The notes under the pieces: model-generated
Databases searched by the model: none
Told to the model about the DNA's origin: nothing
The model's input: the letters and a program-made list of their open reading frames with translations, nothing else
Part shown: piece after piece, positions 52,502 to 62,472 of the stretch
Layout: each line of letters opens with the position of its first letter
How positions within the stretch are numbered: the stretch's first letter is position 1
Source: Bacilli bacterium
Lineage (GTDB): Bacteria > Bacillota_I > Bacilli_A > RF39 > UBA660
DNA: 64,000 nucleotides
Direction of reading: 5' to 3'
Assembly (NCBI GenBank): GCA_037071015.1
Contig: JBAMOY010000001.1
Coordinates: 880,847 to 944,846 of the forward strand
Program-made: the position numbers and the translations under genes

Positions 52502-53419
52502 TTATTTTCGATTGTTCTTCCCGATCATTTCAATATCTTCAGTCAATTGACGGATTCTCTCAATAATTCTGCGGGCTTTAATCACATCAACATTATTCTT
52601 CGCTACAGCAAAATGTTCTTCTAATTCTACTAATGTCAAATTAGATGTAAAAAAAGTTGTTAATTGTTCTTGCATACGATATTGAATTAATGGGCAAAAG
52701 ATTTCATCACGAGCCCATGCCGTTGTATTTTCTGCACCAATATCATCAATTAATAACAATGGGACCTTTTTAATATAATTAAACTTATCCTTAAAGTCAG
52801 TATCAAAAGATGCTTTTAAATCTCGAATAAATTCTGGCCAGAAAACAATCGCACTTTTCACTCCCGAACGAGCTAGCTCGTTAAACATTGCCGCAATTAG
52901 ATATGTTTTGCCACAACCGAAATTGCCATGCAAATATAAACCTTTTTGCCTATTAACACCATAATTATCGATAAAATTGGTTAACCATTTAATTGTGGTA
53001 AAACGATTTTTATCGGTTTTATATATTTTTTTCATCCGCGCTTCTTTAATCTCTTTAGGTATATCAAACAGATAAATATTATCTTCATATTTATGTTCTT
53101 CAAGTAATTTTTTTTGATATTTACAAGCTTGATAGTTAAAAATCAACTGTTCACCATTTAACGTAGGCAAAAGAGCATAGCCTGTAACCTTATTCTTACA
53201 TTCTAATAAACTCTTACAATTGCGACAATGACTATACTCTACTGCACTGTTTTCTAAACTAGAAGTATACTTCATCAATATTTTAGGATCAACCTTTAAC
53301 TTTTTAACCAAATAAGAAAAATCCTCGTTTTTATTTGCCTCTAAAAAACTTTTGAACAACTTTTGATCTATCTGTTGTTCTATTTTAAATTTAGTTAACT
53401 CCGTATTAATCTTTTTCAT
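52502..53419 (-). CDS. dnaI: helicase loader DnaI (DnaC-like AAA+)
   Basis: N-terminal Cys-rich domain (CRNCKSLLEC) and an AAA+ core with GNFGCGKTYL Walker A and LLIDDIG Walker B. Confidence 0.8.
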   Translation of the reverse strand: MKKINTELTKFKIEQQIDQKLFKSFLEANKNEDFSYLVKKLKVDPKILMKYTSSLENSAVEYSHCRNCKSLLECKNKVTGYALLPTLNGEQLIFNYQACKYQKKLLEEHKYEDNIYLFDIPKEIKEARMKKIYKTDKNRFTTIKWLTNFIDNYGVNRQKGLYLHGNFGCGKTYLIAAMFNELARSGVKSAIVFWPEFIRDLKASFDTDFKDKFNYIKKVPLLLIDDIGAENTTAWARDEIFCPLIQYRMQEQLTTFFTSNLTLVELEEHFAVAKNNVDVIKARRIIERIRQLTEDIEMIGKNNRK

Positions 53420-53426
53420 AATGCAC

Positions 53427-54713
53427 CTACTTATATTTATCTAATAAAGCATCTATCTCTGAAATTTCATCATCACTAGCCTTTTTTGTTTCAATCTCTT
53501 GATTAAACCAATCCGGTTTTTTACCTACTGTAACTTTTTTACTCGTATTAGATACTCCTCTTTTTCTACTCTTATACTCTTTTTCAGCTAAAGTCATTGC
53601 CTCTTCTACTGTTTCAATTTTCTTTCTCTTCCATTGGCCAGCAATTGTATCAATAAAGGCTTTAGTCAATTTATTATCATTAATACGCAGAACATAATCG
53701 ATCAAAACATTAATAACCCCAGGTTTCATATCTAAATCAACAGCTAAATACTCTAAAATTTTAAGATCTGATTTCGTTGGCTCTGCTCCATGATATTTAC
53801 TGTATAGAAAATCATAAGGTGTAGTTGTCTCAAAAGTATAAATAATTTTAGCTCGTTTTGAAGTATCACCAACCGGTTTACGTAAATATTCTGGTTGTGA
53901 ACGAAAAACTAAACTTGGCAATTTACCATTATTTTCAAATTGGTAAAAATTACGACAGTTAAGACGTAATTTATCTTTATCAATTGTTCGTTTATCATTA
54001 ATAGAATTTCTAATTAATTCATTTAAATTATCCTCATTTAGATTATAAATAAAAGCTAATTTATAAATTAAATCTTTAACATCTTTGGTTAAACTACGAA
54101 TATTAAATAATTCTTCTGGTAATAATGAAAAAATATTATCTATGTCTATTTTAGCATTAATTTTTAATGGATTAACTCGTCGCCTTTTAATCGTATCATT
54201 AGCACATTCTACATAGTTACTACTAACTTCGTAAACTTCATTAAAAGAACAAGTAATGTCTTCATAATTAGTCAAATTAACTTTAGGAACTTTAAAATAG
54301 GCAACGATCTTATCATATTCAACCTTACCGACATTATTATATAAAGCAGTATTAAGGATTGGATTACTAATAAAATCATTGGCACTACATGGTGAGTATA
54401 GTTGATAAACATAATTATTGATATTTCCTTTTTTAACATACGTCTTAATTAATCCGATTGCTTCTAAACATTCCCGAGCTGTAACAATATCACTAAGCCT
54501 CTTTTTCATGCTTGTCATTAATTGATGGTGATTACACTCTTGTGACATAATTTCGCTACGCTCTAAATTAGACCACAAAGTAAAATACAAACTAATCGCT
54601 TCAACACCTATAATTGGTTGATATAGCATTATTAGAATTTGACGATCTTGTGATGATAAAATTGTTTTATTGATTACAATATATGTATCGGCAGGTAAAA
54701 CATTTATCTTCAT
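53427..54713 (-). CDS. dnaB: replication initiation/membrane-attachment protein DnaB (DnaD-like domains)
   Basis: LYQPIIGVEAISLYFTLW matches the conserved N-terminal DDBH1 segment of B. subtilis DnaB. Directly precedes dnaI, as in Bacillus. Confidence 0.6.
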   Translation of the reverse strand: MKINVLPADTYIVINKTILSSQDRQILIMLYQPIIGVEAISLYFTLWSNLERSEIMSQECNHHQLMTSMKKRLSDIVTARECLEAIGLIKTYVKKGNINNYVYQLYSPCSANDFISNPILNTALYNNVGKVEYDKIVAYFKVPKVNLTNYEDITCSFNEVYEVSSNYVECANDTIKRRRVNPLKINAKIDIDNIFSLLPEELFNIRSLTKDVKDLIYKLAFIYNLNEDNLNELIRNSINDKRTIDKDKLRLNCRNFYQFENNGKLPSLVFRSQPEYLRKPVGDTSKRAKIIYTFETTTPYDFLYSKYHGAEPTKSDLKILEYLAVDLDMKPGVINVLIDYVLRINDNKLTKAFIDTIAGQWKRKKIETVEEAMTLAEKEYKSRKRGVSNTSKKVTVGKKPDWFNQEIETKKASDDEISEIDALLDKYK

Positions 54714-54779
54714 AACATCACCTCTTATCGTCCTTAATAATTATAGTTTACCACAAACTAAAAAACAAAAAAAGACAAA

Positions 54780-55001
54780 TTATGATAATTTATCTTTTTT
54801 ATACTCGATATGATCTTTATAAAATATCGTATCTGGTTTCAAATTAAATATCTTACTAATACGAACAGCCATATCATAAGATAAACGTCTAACGCCATTC
54901 TCAATTTGGCAATAAAAAGCCTTACTAATACCTAATTTATCAGCCATAATCTGAGTTGTATATCTATTTTTTTGTCTCAATTCTTTTAATTTCTTATACA
55001 T
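54780..55001 (-). CDS. XRE-family HTH transcriptional regulator (73 aa)
   Basis: HTH_3 pattern TQIMADKLGISKAFYCQIENGVRRLS. Confidence 0.7.
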   Translation of the reverse strand: MYKKLKELRQKNRYTTQIMADKLGISKAFYCQIENGVRRLSYDMAVRISKIFNLKPDTIFYKDHIEYKKDKLS

Positions 55002-55030
55002 CTAACTTCTCCTATTTCTAACAAATTAAT

Positions 55031-55059
55031 TATACTTATAGTATACCACGAGTGTACTG
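55031..55059. promoter_or_regulatory. operator-like dyad TATACTTATAGTATA plus an adjacent related half-site AGTGTACT between divergent XRE genes
   Basis: Perfect 6-3-6 inverted repeat seen directly. Confidence 0.3.
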
Positions 55060-55125
55060 TTTTTGGTAGCAATATGTGAGAAAATATAAATGGTAATGTT
55101 TACCATTTGTACAATGAGGTGAATT

Positions 55126-55371
55126 ATGATTACAAGCAAAGAGATTATTGAACAATTTGAAATCATTAGTCATAACATTAAATTTTATCGGCAAAATCAA
55201 AATATGAGTCAAGAGGAACTGGCAGAAAAATCTGACCTAAGTATTTCTTATATTAAACAATTAGAGAGTGGAAAAATATTTAAAAATTTAAGTTTGACTA
55301 CCCTTCTAAAATTGTCTAAAGCTTTAAATATTAATATAAATAAGCTGTTTTATAAAATAAAAACTACATGA
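55126..55371 (+). CDS. XRE-family HTH transcriptional regulator (81 aa)
   Basis: HTH_3 pattern MSQEELAEKSDLSISYIKQLESGK. Divergent from the other XRE gene. Confidence 0.65.
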   Translation: MITSKEIIEQFEIISHNIKFYRQNQNMSQEELAEKSDLSISYIKQLESGKIFKNLSLTTLLKLSKALNININKLFYKIKTT

Positions 55372-55376
55372 GTAGT

Positions 55377-56093
55377 TTATATATTTACGTTGTGATAGAC
55401 GTGTTGAACATCCTCAATATCTTCCAACATCGCACATAATTTATTAAAACATTCTAAATCTTCACCAGTAATGGTGATTTTTTCTTTTGCTAGAGTTGTA
55501 ATTTCATCAGTATTAAATGAAATATCGTGATTAATATTTAAGATAGTCTCTTTGATGTTATATAAATCCTGCGGTAATCCATAAATCACAATCTCATCGC
55601 CTTGTAATTCGATATCATCTATTTCGATACCAGCCTCAATCATTGCTTCCAAAGTTTCTTCCTCACTAAGTCCTTTAAAACTCACAACACTCAAATTATC
55701 ATACATATATGCTACACTACCCTGTGCGCCCATTTTACTCTTTGTTTTATTTAATACTGCACGAATACTACTGACAGAACGATTAACATTATCTGTCAAG
55801 CAATCAACAATTAAAGTTGAGCCAGCCGGTCCAAAAATTTCATAACGAGCAGATTCATAACTTTCATCGACTCCACTGTTTACTTTATCAATAGCTCTTT
55901 TAATAATATCTGATGGAACTTGTTCATGTTTAGCTTTATCAACCAATCTTTTTAAAGCAATATTCGAATCTATTTCTGTTCCCCCGTTTTTAGCCACTTG
56001 ATATATCTCACGTGCGTACATCGAATAAAGTTTGGCTTTAGCAGCTCCTGTTTTTTGTATACTAGCTTTTCTAACTTCATAAGCTCTTCCCAT
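55377..56093 (-). CDS. yebC: YebC/PmpR-family transcriptional regulator
   Basis: N-terminal MGRAYEVRKASIQKTGAAKAKLYS signature, 238 aa. Confidence 0.9.
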   Translation of the reverse strand: MGRAYEVRKASIQKTGAAKAKLYSMYAREIYQVAKNGGTEIDSNIALKRLVDKAKHEQVPSDIIKRAIDKVNSGVDESYESARYEIFGPAGSTLIVDCLTDNVNRSVSSIRAVLNKTKSKMGAQGSVAYMYDNLSVVSFKGLSEEETLEAMIEAGIEIDDIELQGDEIVIYGLPQDLYNIKETILNINHDISFNTDEITTLAKEKITITGEDLECFNKLCAMLEDIEDVQHVYHNVNI

Positions 56094-56153
56094 GTTTTCA
56101 TCCTTCCTTTAAGCAACAATATTCTACACTATTAACTAAAATTTGACAATACA

Positions 56154-56852
56154 CTAATCCTTATTAACACTTTTTTTTAAAGCATCTTTAGCCGCTTCCT
56201 GTTCAGCTTCTTTTTTACTGTGAGCAATTCCTTTTCCATATATAATATTATCAATCTTGACCACTACTGTAAACGTTTTATTATGGGCTGGTCCTGTTTC
56301 ATCAATAATATCATAGTGCAAAGTCCGACGATCCGTTTGCACTAATTCCTGTAAGATAGACTTATAATCGCTAAAAAAATCAATCTCTTTACTTTCAATC
56401 ATTGGAATAATATATTTATAGATAAAGCTTTTTACCTCTTCTAATCCCTTATCCAAAAACATTGCCCCAATAAAAGATTCGAAAACATCTGCGACAATCG
56501 CCTTACGAAATTTACCACCACTTTCTAACTCACCTTTTCCTAATTTAATATAATCATTTAAATGTAGGCGTAGGGAATATTCATATAAAGCATTTTCACA
56601 AACATAATGTGAACGATACTTTGTCATTTTACCTTCCTCATACTCTGTGTTTTTATATAAGTACTCACTAATCACCAATTCTAAAACTGCATCACCTAAA
56701 TATTCTAGACGTTCATAGCTTTCAATTCCATGTTCGTTAGCATATGATGTATGAGTTAAAGCTCGTTCATACAACTTTTCACTATTAGGAATTATATTTA
56801 AGTGTTCTAAAATTTCCATTGTATCACCTGTTTTTATTATATCACGTATCAC
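56154..56852 (-). CDS. rnc: ribonuclease III
   Basis: ERLEYLGDAVLELVISEYLY RNase III signature plus a C-terminal dsRBD. Confidence 0.9.
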   Translation of the reverse strand: MIRDIIKTGDTMEILEHLNIIPNSEKLYERALTHTSYANEHGIESYERLEYLGDAVLELVISEYLYKNTEYEEGKMTKYRSHYVCENALYEYSLRLHLNDYIKLGKGELESGGKFRKAIVADVFESFIGAMFLDKGLEEVKSFIYKYIIPMIESKEIDFFSDYKSILQELVQTDRRTLHYDIIDETGPAHNKTFTVVVKIDNIIYGKGIAHSKKEAEQEAAKDALKKSVNKD

Positions 56853-56927
56853 AATTAACTCAAAGTTTTATCCAAAACTTTAGATAAATATTTTACAATT
56901 ATTATCATTTCTAGTATAATAAATTAT

Positions 56928-57164
56928 ATGAAATATATATTAATAAAAATCATCAAAATATATCAAAAAATTCCTGGTCCTTGGCATCAATGTTGTCGTC
57001 ATATTCCAACTTGTTCAAATTACGCAATTGAGGCTATTAATGAATACGGTTCTATTAAGGGTACAATTATGGCCATTAAGCGAATTATGCGATGCAATCC
57101 ATGGGGTACTAAAGGAATTGATTTGGTTCCACGAAAGGAAAATAAAAATGAAAAAATTAGTTAA
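56928..57164 (+). CDS. yidD: membrane protein insertion efficiency factor YidD
   Basis: CRHIPTCSNYA..RIMRCNPWGTKGIDLVP matches the YidD pattern. Confidence 0.8.
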   Translation: MKYILIKIIKIYQKIPGPWHQCCRHIPTCSNYAIEAINEYGSIKGTIMAIKRIMRCNPWGTKGIDLVPRKENKNEKIS

Positions 57165-58011
57165 ATTTATTGGCTTATTAGCAACCACCCTTATTTTATC
57201 CGGATGTTTTAAAATGGATAACTTTGAAGGTATCGAAATCTATACAACATCTTATCCAATTGAATACATCACTACTAGATTGTATGGTGAGCATAGTACT
57301 ATCAAAAGTATCTATCCCGATGGTATAATTATCGATAATTATAAATTAACAGCCAAGCAAGTAAAAGACTATAGTAGTGCTGATTTGTTTATTTTTAACG
57401 GTCTAACTAGTGAAAAGGATTATGTAGTTAAAATGTTTAATCATAATAAAAACTTAAAAATAATTGATACTACATCTAGCATGGAATTTGATCATAACGT
57501 CGAAGAGTTATGGCTTGACCCATCAAATTTCCTAATGCTAGCTCAAAATATCCGCACCGGTTTTAAAGAATACATCACTAACCATTACTTGGTGGAAGAA
57601 ATAGATAATAATTATGAGCAATTAAAAATTGAAATTTCCAATATCGACGCCAAACTTAAAACAATGGCTGAACATGCCAGTAATAATACAATTGTTGTAT
57701 CAAGCGACGCTTTTAGTTTCTTAAGTAAATATAATTTGAATGTTATATCACTAGAAGAAAATGATGCCTTAACTGAAAAAACAATTAATGATGTTATCAA
57801 CCTAATCAATAATGGGCAAATAGATTATATTTTTGTCAATCAAAATGAAGAAATTAGTGATACTATAAAAAGAATTCAAAATGAAACCAGTGTTAAATTA
57901 TTAGAAATTAATGTATTATCTAATATAAGTGAAAATGACCGTAACAATAAGAAAGATTATATCACTATTATGAATGATAATTTAGAACTTTTAAAACAAG
58001 AACTATATTAA
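57148..58011 (+). CDS. TroA/ZnuA-like (cluster A-I) solute-binding lipoprotein, canonical metal-ligand His residues not evident
   Basis: Signal peptide with an LSGC lipobox, WLDPSNF (cf. the HxWLDP motif), alpha/beta layout, about 287 aa. Real start MKKLVKF with an AAAGGAA RBS. Overlaps yidD by 17 nt. The track's N-terminal extension is spurious. Confidence 0.5.
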   Translation: MKKLVKFIGLLATTLILSGCFKMDNFEGIEIYTTSYPIEYITTRLYGEHSTIKSIYPDGIIIDNYKLTAKQVKDYSSADLFIFNGLTSEKDYVVKMFNHNKNLKIIDTTSSMEFDHNVEELWLDPSNFLMLAQNIRTGFKEYITNHYLVEEIDNNYEQLKIEISNIDAKLKTMAEHASNNTIVVSSDAFSFLSKYNLNVISLEENDALTEKTINDVINLINNGQIDYIFVNQNEEISDTIKRIQNETSVKLLEINVLSNISENDRNNKKDYITIMNDNLELLKQELY

Positions 58012-58032
58012 AACACTTTATATAAAGTGTTT

Positions 58033-58551
58033 TTATTTGTGTGCGATAATTCTCACCGGTACTCCTACCGCAGTCGTATTCTTAGGAATATCTGTCAATA
58101 CTACAGCATTCGCACCTATTTTAACATTATCGCCAATTACAATATTACCCAAAACTTTAGCGCCACTTCCAATAAAGACATTATTTCCAATTGTCGGATG
58201 TCGCTTACCTCTCTCTTTGCCAGTACCACCTAATGTTACCCCATGGAATAACGTTACATTATCACCAATGATAGCTGTTTCCCCAATAACAACCCCGGTT
58301 CCATGATCAATAAATAAAGAATGACCAATTTGCGCTCCCGGATGAATTTCAATCCCTGTTTTTCGTTTTGCCCGTTCAGACAAATAACGGGCCCAAAAAT
58401 AATGTTTGTGCAAATACAAATATCGGGTTATGCGATACCAAAACAGAGCCCAAAACGACGGATATAATAAAGCCTCTAAACTACTATTAATGGCCGGGTC
58501 CCGCTTTTTAATAACTTTTATCTGCTCTTTTAAAAATTTAATAAAGAACAC
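58033..58551 (-). CDS. cysE: serine O-acetyltransferase
   Basis: Left-handed beta-helix hexapeptide repeats GIEIHPGAQIGHSLFIDHGTGVVIGETAIIGDNVTLFHGVTLGG and an N-terminal SATase helical region. Confidence 0.8.
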   Translation of the reverse strand: MFFIKFLKEQIKVIKKRDPAINSSLEALLYPSFWALFWYRITRYLYLHKHYFWARYLSERAKRKTGIEIHPGAQIGHSLFIDHGTGVVIGETAIIGDNVTLFHGVTLGGTGKERGKRHPTIGNNVFIGSGAKVLGNIVIGDNVKIGANAVVLTDIPKNTTAVGVPVRIIAHK

Positions 58552-58644
58552 CTCCCAATCACTATATTTTATTCACTATAATAAAGATTGGCAGTTATCA
58601 TCAACTATAAAAAAAGAATATAAACATTATTATATTCTTAAATA

Positions 58645-59166
58645 TTACAATTTTATCGAAGTGATATTTTCACCATAAACGTTATAGATAATAAACTCTC
58701 GATTTTCATAAAAGCAAAAACTCGGTTCACTATTGTAACGCGGAACTGAAATAGAACCAACACATATATAAGTCATATCACCTTCCTGTTTAATATAAGG
58801 ATGATGTTCATGTCCATAAACTAAAATTCCCTTTTTATGAAAACTTTGACTCTTGGAATAACTGTATCGATATCCATGATGACAATAAATCTCCAAATCA
58901 TCTGTTGAAATTAAAATCATATCACATACGGGAATAGACAATGCCTTAAGTTCTACCTCAGAATCACAATTACCTATTAAACAAATTATCTTTTCTCGAT
59001 ATTTATCCAATATTTGTTTTAATTCGTAATCATCTTGATAATTAACTCTATTAGAAAACAAATCGCCTAAGATAACCAATTTGTCAAATTGTTTTTCATC
59101 TAATATTTTTAAATTATTATAAATCCCATGAAGATCAGATATAAACAATATGCGCATCGTTATCAC
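58645..59166 (-). CDS. YfcE-like metallophosphoesterase
   Basis: MRILFISDLHG, GNCD and GHEHHPY metal-binding motifs. Confidence 0.75.
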   Translation of the reverse strand: MITMRILFISDLHGIYNNLKILDEKQFDKLVILGDLFSNRVNYQDDYELKQILDKYREKIICLIGNCDSEVELKALSIPVCDMILISTDDLEIYCHHGYRYSYSKSQSFHKKGILVYGHEHHPYIKQEGDMTYICVGSISVPRYNSEPSFCFYENREFIIYNVYGENITSIKL

Positions 59167-59248
59167 CTCAATGTTATTATATCAAAATAAAAACACTATT
59201 AAAATAGTGTTTTTAACATAAATACCATATAATCACAATCAACAAAAA

Positions 59249-60361
59249 TTATATATTGTATTTATTTTCAGGCTTTAAACTTTTAACCATTACACGTTCA
59301 ACGTTCATTAATAATTCATCCATTGACTCTTGAGTATTTATACCATCTAGAACAAAGTCTGATAAAGGTTGATTTATTCCATTTAACCACGTATCTTTAG
59401 TTATTTTAGGTAACTTAATAACTGTACCATTAGCAGATGTCTTTATTTCGTAATCGCTATTACGAATCAAGCCATATTCACTAGAAGTTGCCATAACTAT
59501 ATCCTGCTCTAAATACTTTATCTGATAATTTTCAACTTTTTTACCATTAAAGATTACTTTATCTTCACGATTTCCAGAAGTTAAAACAATTTCCTTTAAT
59601 AAAATTTCTGAATCAAAAAAGTCGCCCAAGTATAATTTTCCTTCTAATAATTTAATAATACCCTTATTATTTTCATTATTAGGAATCTCCTTTAATTCCA
59701 ACAATTGCTTTATTATATTATAGCTTTTTCCCTTAACACAATTAATTTTATCTTCAGCCTCTTCAATGGTGTCGAAACAGCCAAATAAACCATCTTCTAA
59801 AGTAAATTCAAATTTCAGCAAGCGATTATTTTCATGAATTCCTTGGCACATTATTATTAAGCGATCATAATTATATACAATTTCCAATTTCATATCTTGC
59901 TGACAAATAATATTTTTTTCTGAAACCAACCTCGAACTATCCAACTCGCTGAAACAAAAATCATATTTTTTTTCTTCCGTTAAATCAGCTGTCATTAATG
60001 TGACAGATGAGTTACAAACTCCGAAAATAAATTCACCTTTCTGCTTTGAAATGATTTTGTAAAAATGTTTAGGTATTTTTTCACCATTACCTTTTTGCCA
60101 TTGTTCAATTTTCTCTTTTATTTCTTCTGAAACTTCCTGTGAAATAATCTGAATACTATCACCATCTTTAAAACCTAATTTTTTTAAAAAGTGATAATCG
60201 TCAAACATGCCAAGCAAACGCGCATCAAATAAAAAACTTCCCCAATCAGAACCATTAATTTCAATATCAATTAAAGAATTATCAACAATCTCATCATCTT
60301 GAAATATTGATATTTCTTCGGGCTTTTTCTTCTTCCTTTTCCAAAAATCCTTCATACCCAT
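59249..60361 (-). CDS. hypothetical protein (370 aa)
   Basis: ORF only. Confidence 0.45.
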   Translation of the reverse strand: MGMKDFWKRKKKKPEEISIFQDDEIVDNSLIDIEINGSDWGSFLFDARLLGMFDDYHFLKKLGFKDGDSIQIISQEVSEEIKEKIEQWQKGNGEKIPKHFYKIISKQKGEFIFGVCNSSVTLMTADLTEEKKYDFCFSELDSSRLVSEKNIICQQDMKLEIVYNYDRLIIMCQGIHENNRLLKFEFTLEDGLFGCFDTIEEAEDKINCVKGKSYNIIKQLLELKEIPNNENNKGIIKLLEGKLYLGDFFDSEILLKEIVLTSGNREDKVIFNGKKVENYQIKYLEQDIVMATSSEYGLIRNSDYEIKTSANGTVIKLPKITKDTWLNGINQPLSDFVLDGINTQESMDELLMNVERVMVKSLKPENKYNI

Positions 60362-60459
60362 TATAAATTATCCCTCGTCTTAAATATTTGTTTTATATTC
60401 TATCACTTATCTTAAGTTTGTCAATTCATTAAGCTATAACTATTTTACTTTGATATAAA

Positions 60460-60492
60460 AAAATGATTGAGAAATAAATTCTTAATCATTTT
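60460..60492. terminator. hairpin AAAAUGAUU..AAUCAUUUU flanked by A- and T-runs (bidirectional terminator) downstream of tRNA-Ser
   Basis: 9-bp inverted repeat seen directly. Confidence 0.4.
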
Positions 60493-60565
60493 TTTAAATT
60501 GTACTTTATAAGTCAACCTATAAATATATTGCTCACAAATCAATATAAATTTGTAAATATCAATA

Positions 60566-60656
60566 TGGCGGAGTAGGAGAGATTTGAACTCTCGCGCCAG
60601 TTACCCGACCTACACCCTTAGCAGGGGCGCCTCTTCAGCCTCTTGAGTACTACTCC
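60566..60656 (-). tRNA. tRNA-Ser (anticodon GCT), long variable arm, CCA encoded
   Basis: Manual fold: acceptor GGAGTAG/CTACTCC, anticodon stem CGCCC/GGGTG with loop CTGCTAA, T-arm GAGAG-TTCAAAT-CTCTC, 15-17 nt variable arm, discriminator G plus CCA. Confidence 0.9.
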
Positions 60657-60707
60657 ATAGCTACAAACATAATTGTACATTATTAACCTAAATATGTCAA
60701 TAAATAA

Positions 60708-60734
60708 AAAGAATTTTAAAACTTAAAATTCTTT
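60708..60734. terminator. perfect 12-bp hairpin AAAGAAUUUUAA-aac-UUAAAAUUCUUU after the lipid-kinase gene
   Basis: Flanked by A- and T-runs, so bidirectional. Confidence 0.5.
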
Positions 60735-60740
60735 TTTCTT

Positions 60741-61694
60741 TTAACTTCTCTTACCAGGCAATAACATTTTCACTTTACCATCATAATGATAATCCAAATA
60801 ATTATTATTTGCATCCAAAATGAAATTAGCACGATCACCGTCATTATCAATAGGATCAACTGGTATTTGATCTTCAAACTCGATTTTAATATTATCAGTA
60901 ACCACATGAGTTAAAATATTACTGTATTTACTTAAATCAACACCACCTTTAAAATAATCAATAATTAATGAACATAATCCCTTTAAATTAAGTTCATTAA
61001 GAAATAAAACTTCAAAAACACCATCATCGATTTCGGCCATAGGGTAAATATTAATTCCTCCAAAACCTTTAGAGTTAGAAACAGCCCCAAACAGACAACT
61101 AGTAGTCTGTTTTTTACCATCGATAGTATAAGATATCCTATAATTTATGGGCTTATGTAATAAATCATGTGTAAAAGCCCTAATAACATAGCCTCCTTTA
61201 CCAAAAATTCTCTTCATTTTTAAACTTGTTTCATAAGGTACTTTAGCTAAATAACCAAAACAAGATACATATGCAAAGGCCTCACCATTAACTCTAACAA
61301 TATCAAACCCTTGTTCTTTACCATCCAAAATTAGCTTAGTTGACTCAATTGGATCTTTCTTCAATAATCTAAAATTAGAAGCAATATCATTGGTTGTCCC
61401 TGTAGATATATGGCTATATAAAGATTTTTGATCAATATTTTGGTAACCCATAATCGCATCACGAACTGTACCATCACCACCCATTGAAATTGTTAAATCA
61501 CTATTATTAGCCGCTTTCACTAGCTCAATAACATGACCAGCATAATTACTTTCTAATAACTCCAAGGTATATCCCTTATCAGTAATTAAATTACATATTG
61601 TATCTAACTCTTTACGGTTAAAACCCGTCGCAATAGGATTATAAATTAAACTACATTTTTTCATAAAGGCCTCCAAAAATATTAATATAAGCAA
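60741..61694 (-). CDS. diacylglycerol/lipid kinase, YegS/DagK family
   Basis: SMGGDGTVRD (GGDGT) catalytic motif, about 317 aa. Confidence 0.8.
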   Translation of the reverse strand: MLILIFLEAFMKKCSLIYNPIATGFNRKELDTICNLITDKGYTLELLESNYAGHVIELVKAANNSDLTISMGGDGTVRDAIMGYQNIDQKSLYSHISTGTTNDIASNFRLLKKDPIESTKLILDGKEQGFDIVRVNGEAFAYVSCFGYLAKVPYETSLKMKRIFGKGGYVIRAFTHDLLHKPINYRISYTIDGKKQTTSCLFGAVSNSKGFGGINIYPMAEIDDGVFEVLFLNELNLKGLCSLIIDYFKGGVDLSKYSNILTHVVTDNIKIEFEDQIPVDPIDNDGDRANFILDANNNYLDYHYDGKVKMLLPGKRS

Positions 61695-61752
61695 ATAAAA
61701 ATTCCCACTATTGGGAATTATTTTAACACAATATACAAATTAACACAAGAAA

Positions 61753-62472
61753 TTATCTATAATTTAAAATCTTAATTAGTTTTTTATAATCCATTTTAGG
61801 ATACTTCACCAATGAATTAATCATATTTTGATCTTTACTATTATATTGATCATAAATATTCACCACATCTATATCAGCTGCTTGCGCAGATTGAATTCCT
61901 ACTAGGGAGTCTTCAAAAACTAAACAATCATTTGAAGAAACTTTTAGCAAATCTAATACTTTCAAATATATTTCGGGATGAGGTTTTTTAAATGTAACAT
62001 CGTCACGTGTTAAAATTAGATCAAAAAAGTTCAGTAAATCAATATGTTTAAATATATTCTTATTAGTTTGATGATAAACATCTAAGGTTGCTTTAGTACT
62101 AGTTGTAGATAAAACCAACGTATATTTTTTACTCTTTAAAAGTTTTAAAAACTCTAAAGCATATGGCTTAAAAGTAACCACTGTACTTAAATAGCGCTTA
62201 GATATCTGCCAACGTAGTTGGTGGAAATCCTGTAAATTCATAGTTATATGATATTTATTCAGTAGATATTTCTCATATTCAACATAAATATTTCCAGTTA
62301 CATGATTCGCTAAAAATCGTTCACGATCAGTTTGAATATTAGTACTTGGTACTGCTCCAGCTGCTTCAATAACATCGTGATCAATACCATTCCAAATTCC
62401 CAAAGTATCAATTAATGTACCATCTAAATCAAAAATCATGACCTTTTTATCATCAAACATTATCTTATTCAC
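61753..62472 (-). CDS. HAD-superfamily hydrolase (subfamily IA)
   Basis: MIFDLDGTLIDT motif I and a C-terminal DSLVGIQSAQAA motif IV region. Confidence 0.8.
   Translation of the reverse strand: MNKIMFDDKKVMIFDLDGTLIDTLGIWNGIDHDVIEAAGAVPSTNIQTDRERFLANHVTGNIYVEYEKYLLNKYHITMNLQDFHQLRWQISKRYLSTVVTFKPYALEFLKLLKSKKYTLVLSTTSTKATLDVYHQTNKNIFKHIDLLNFFDLILTRDDVTFKKPHPEIYLKVLDLLKVSSNDCLVFEDSLVGIQSAQAADIDVVNIYDQYNSKDQNMINSLVKYPKMDYKKLIKILNYR

Noticed and set aside
54780-55371. Prophage remnant suggested by the cI/Cro-like divergent XRE pair
   Set aside because: No integrase, terminase, capsid or other phage genes are present. Flanking genes are core (dnaB-dnaI, yebC, rnc).
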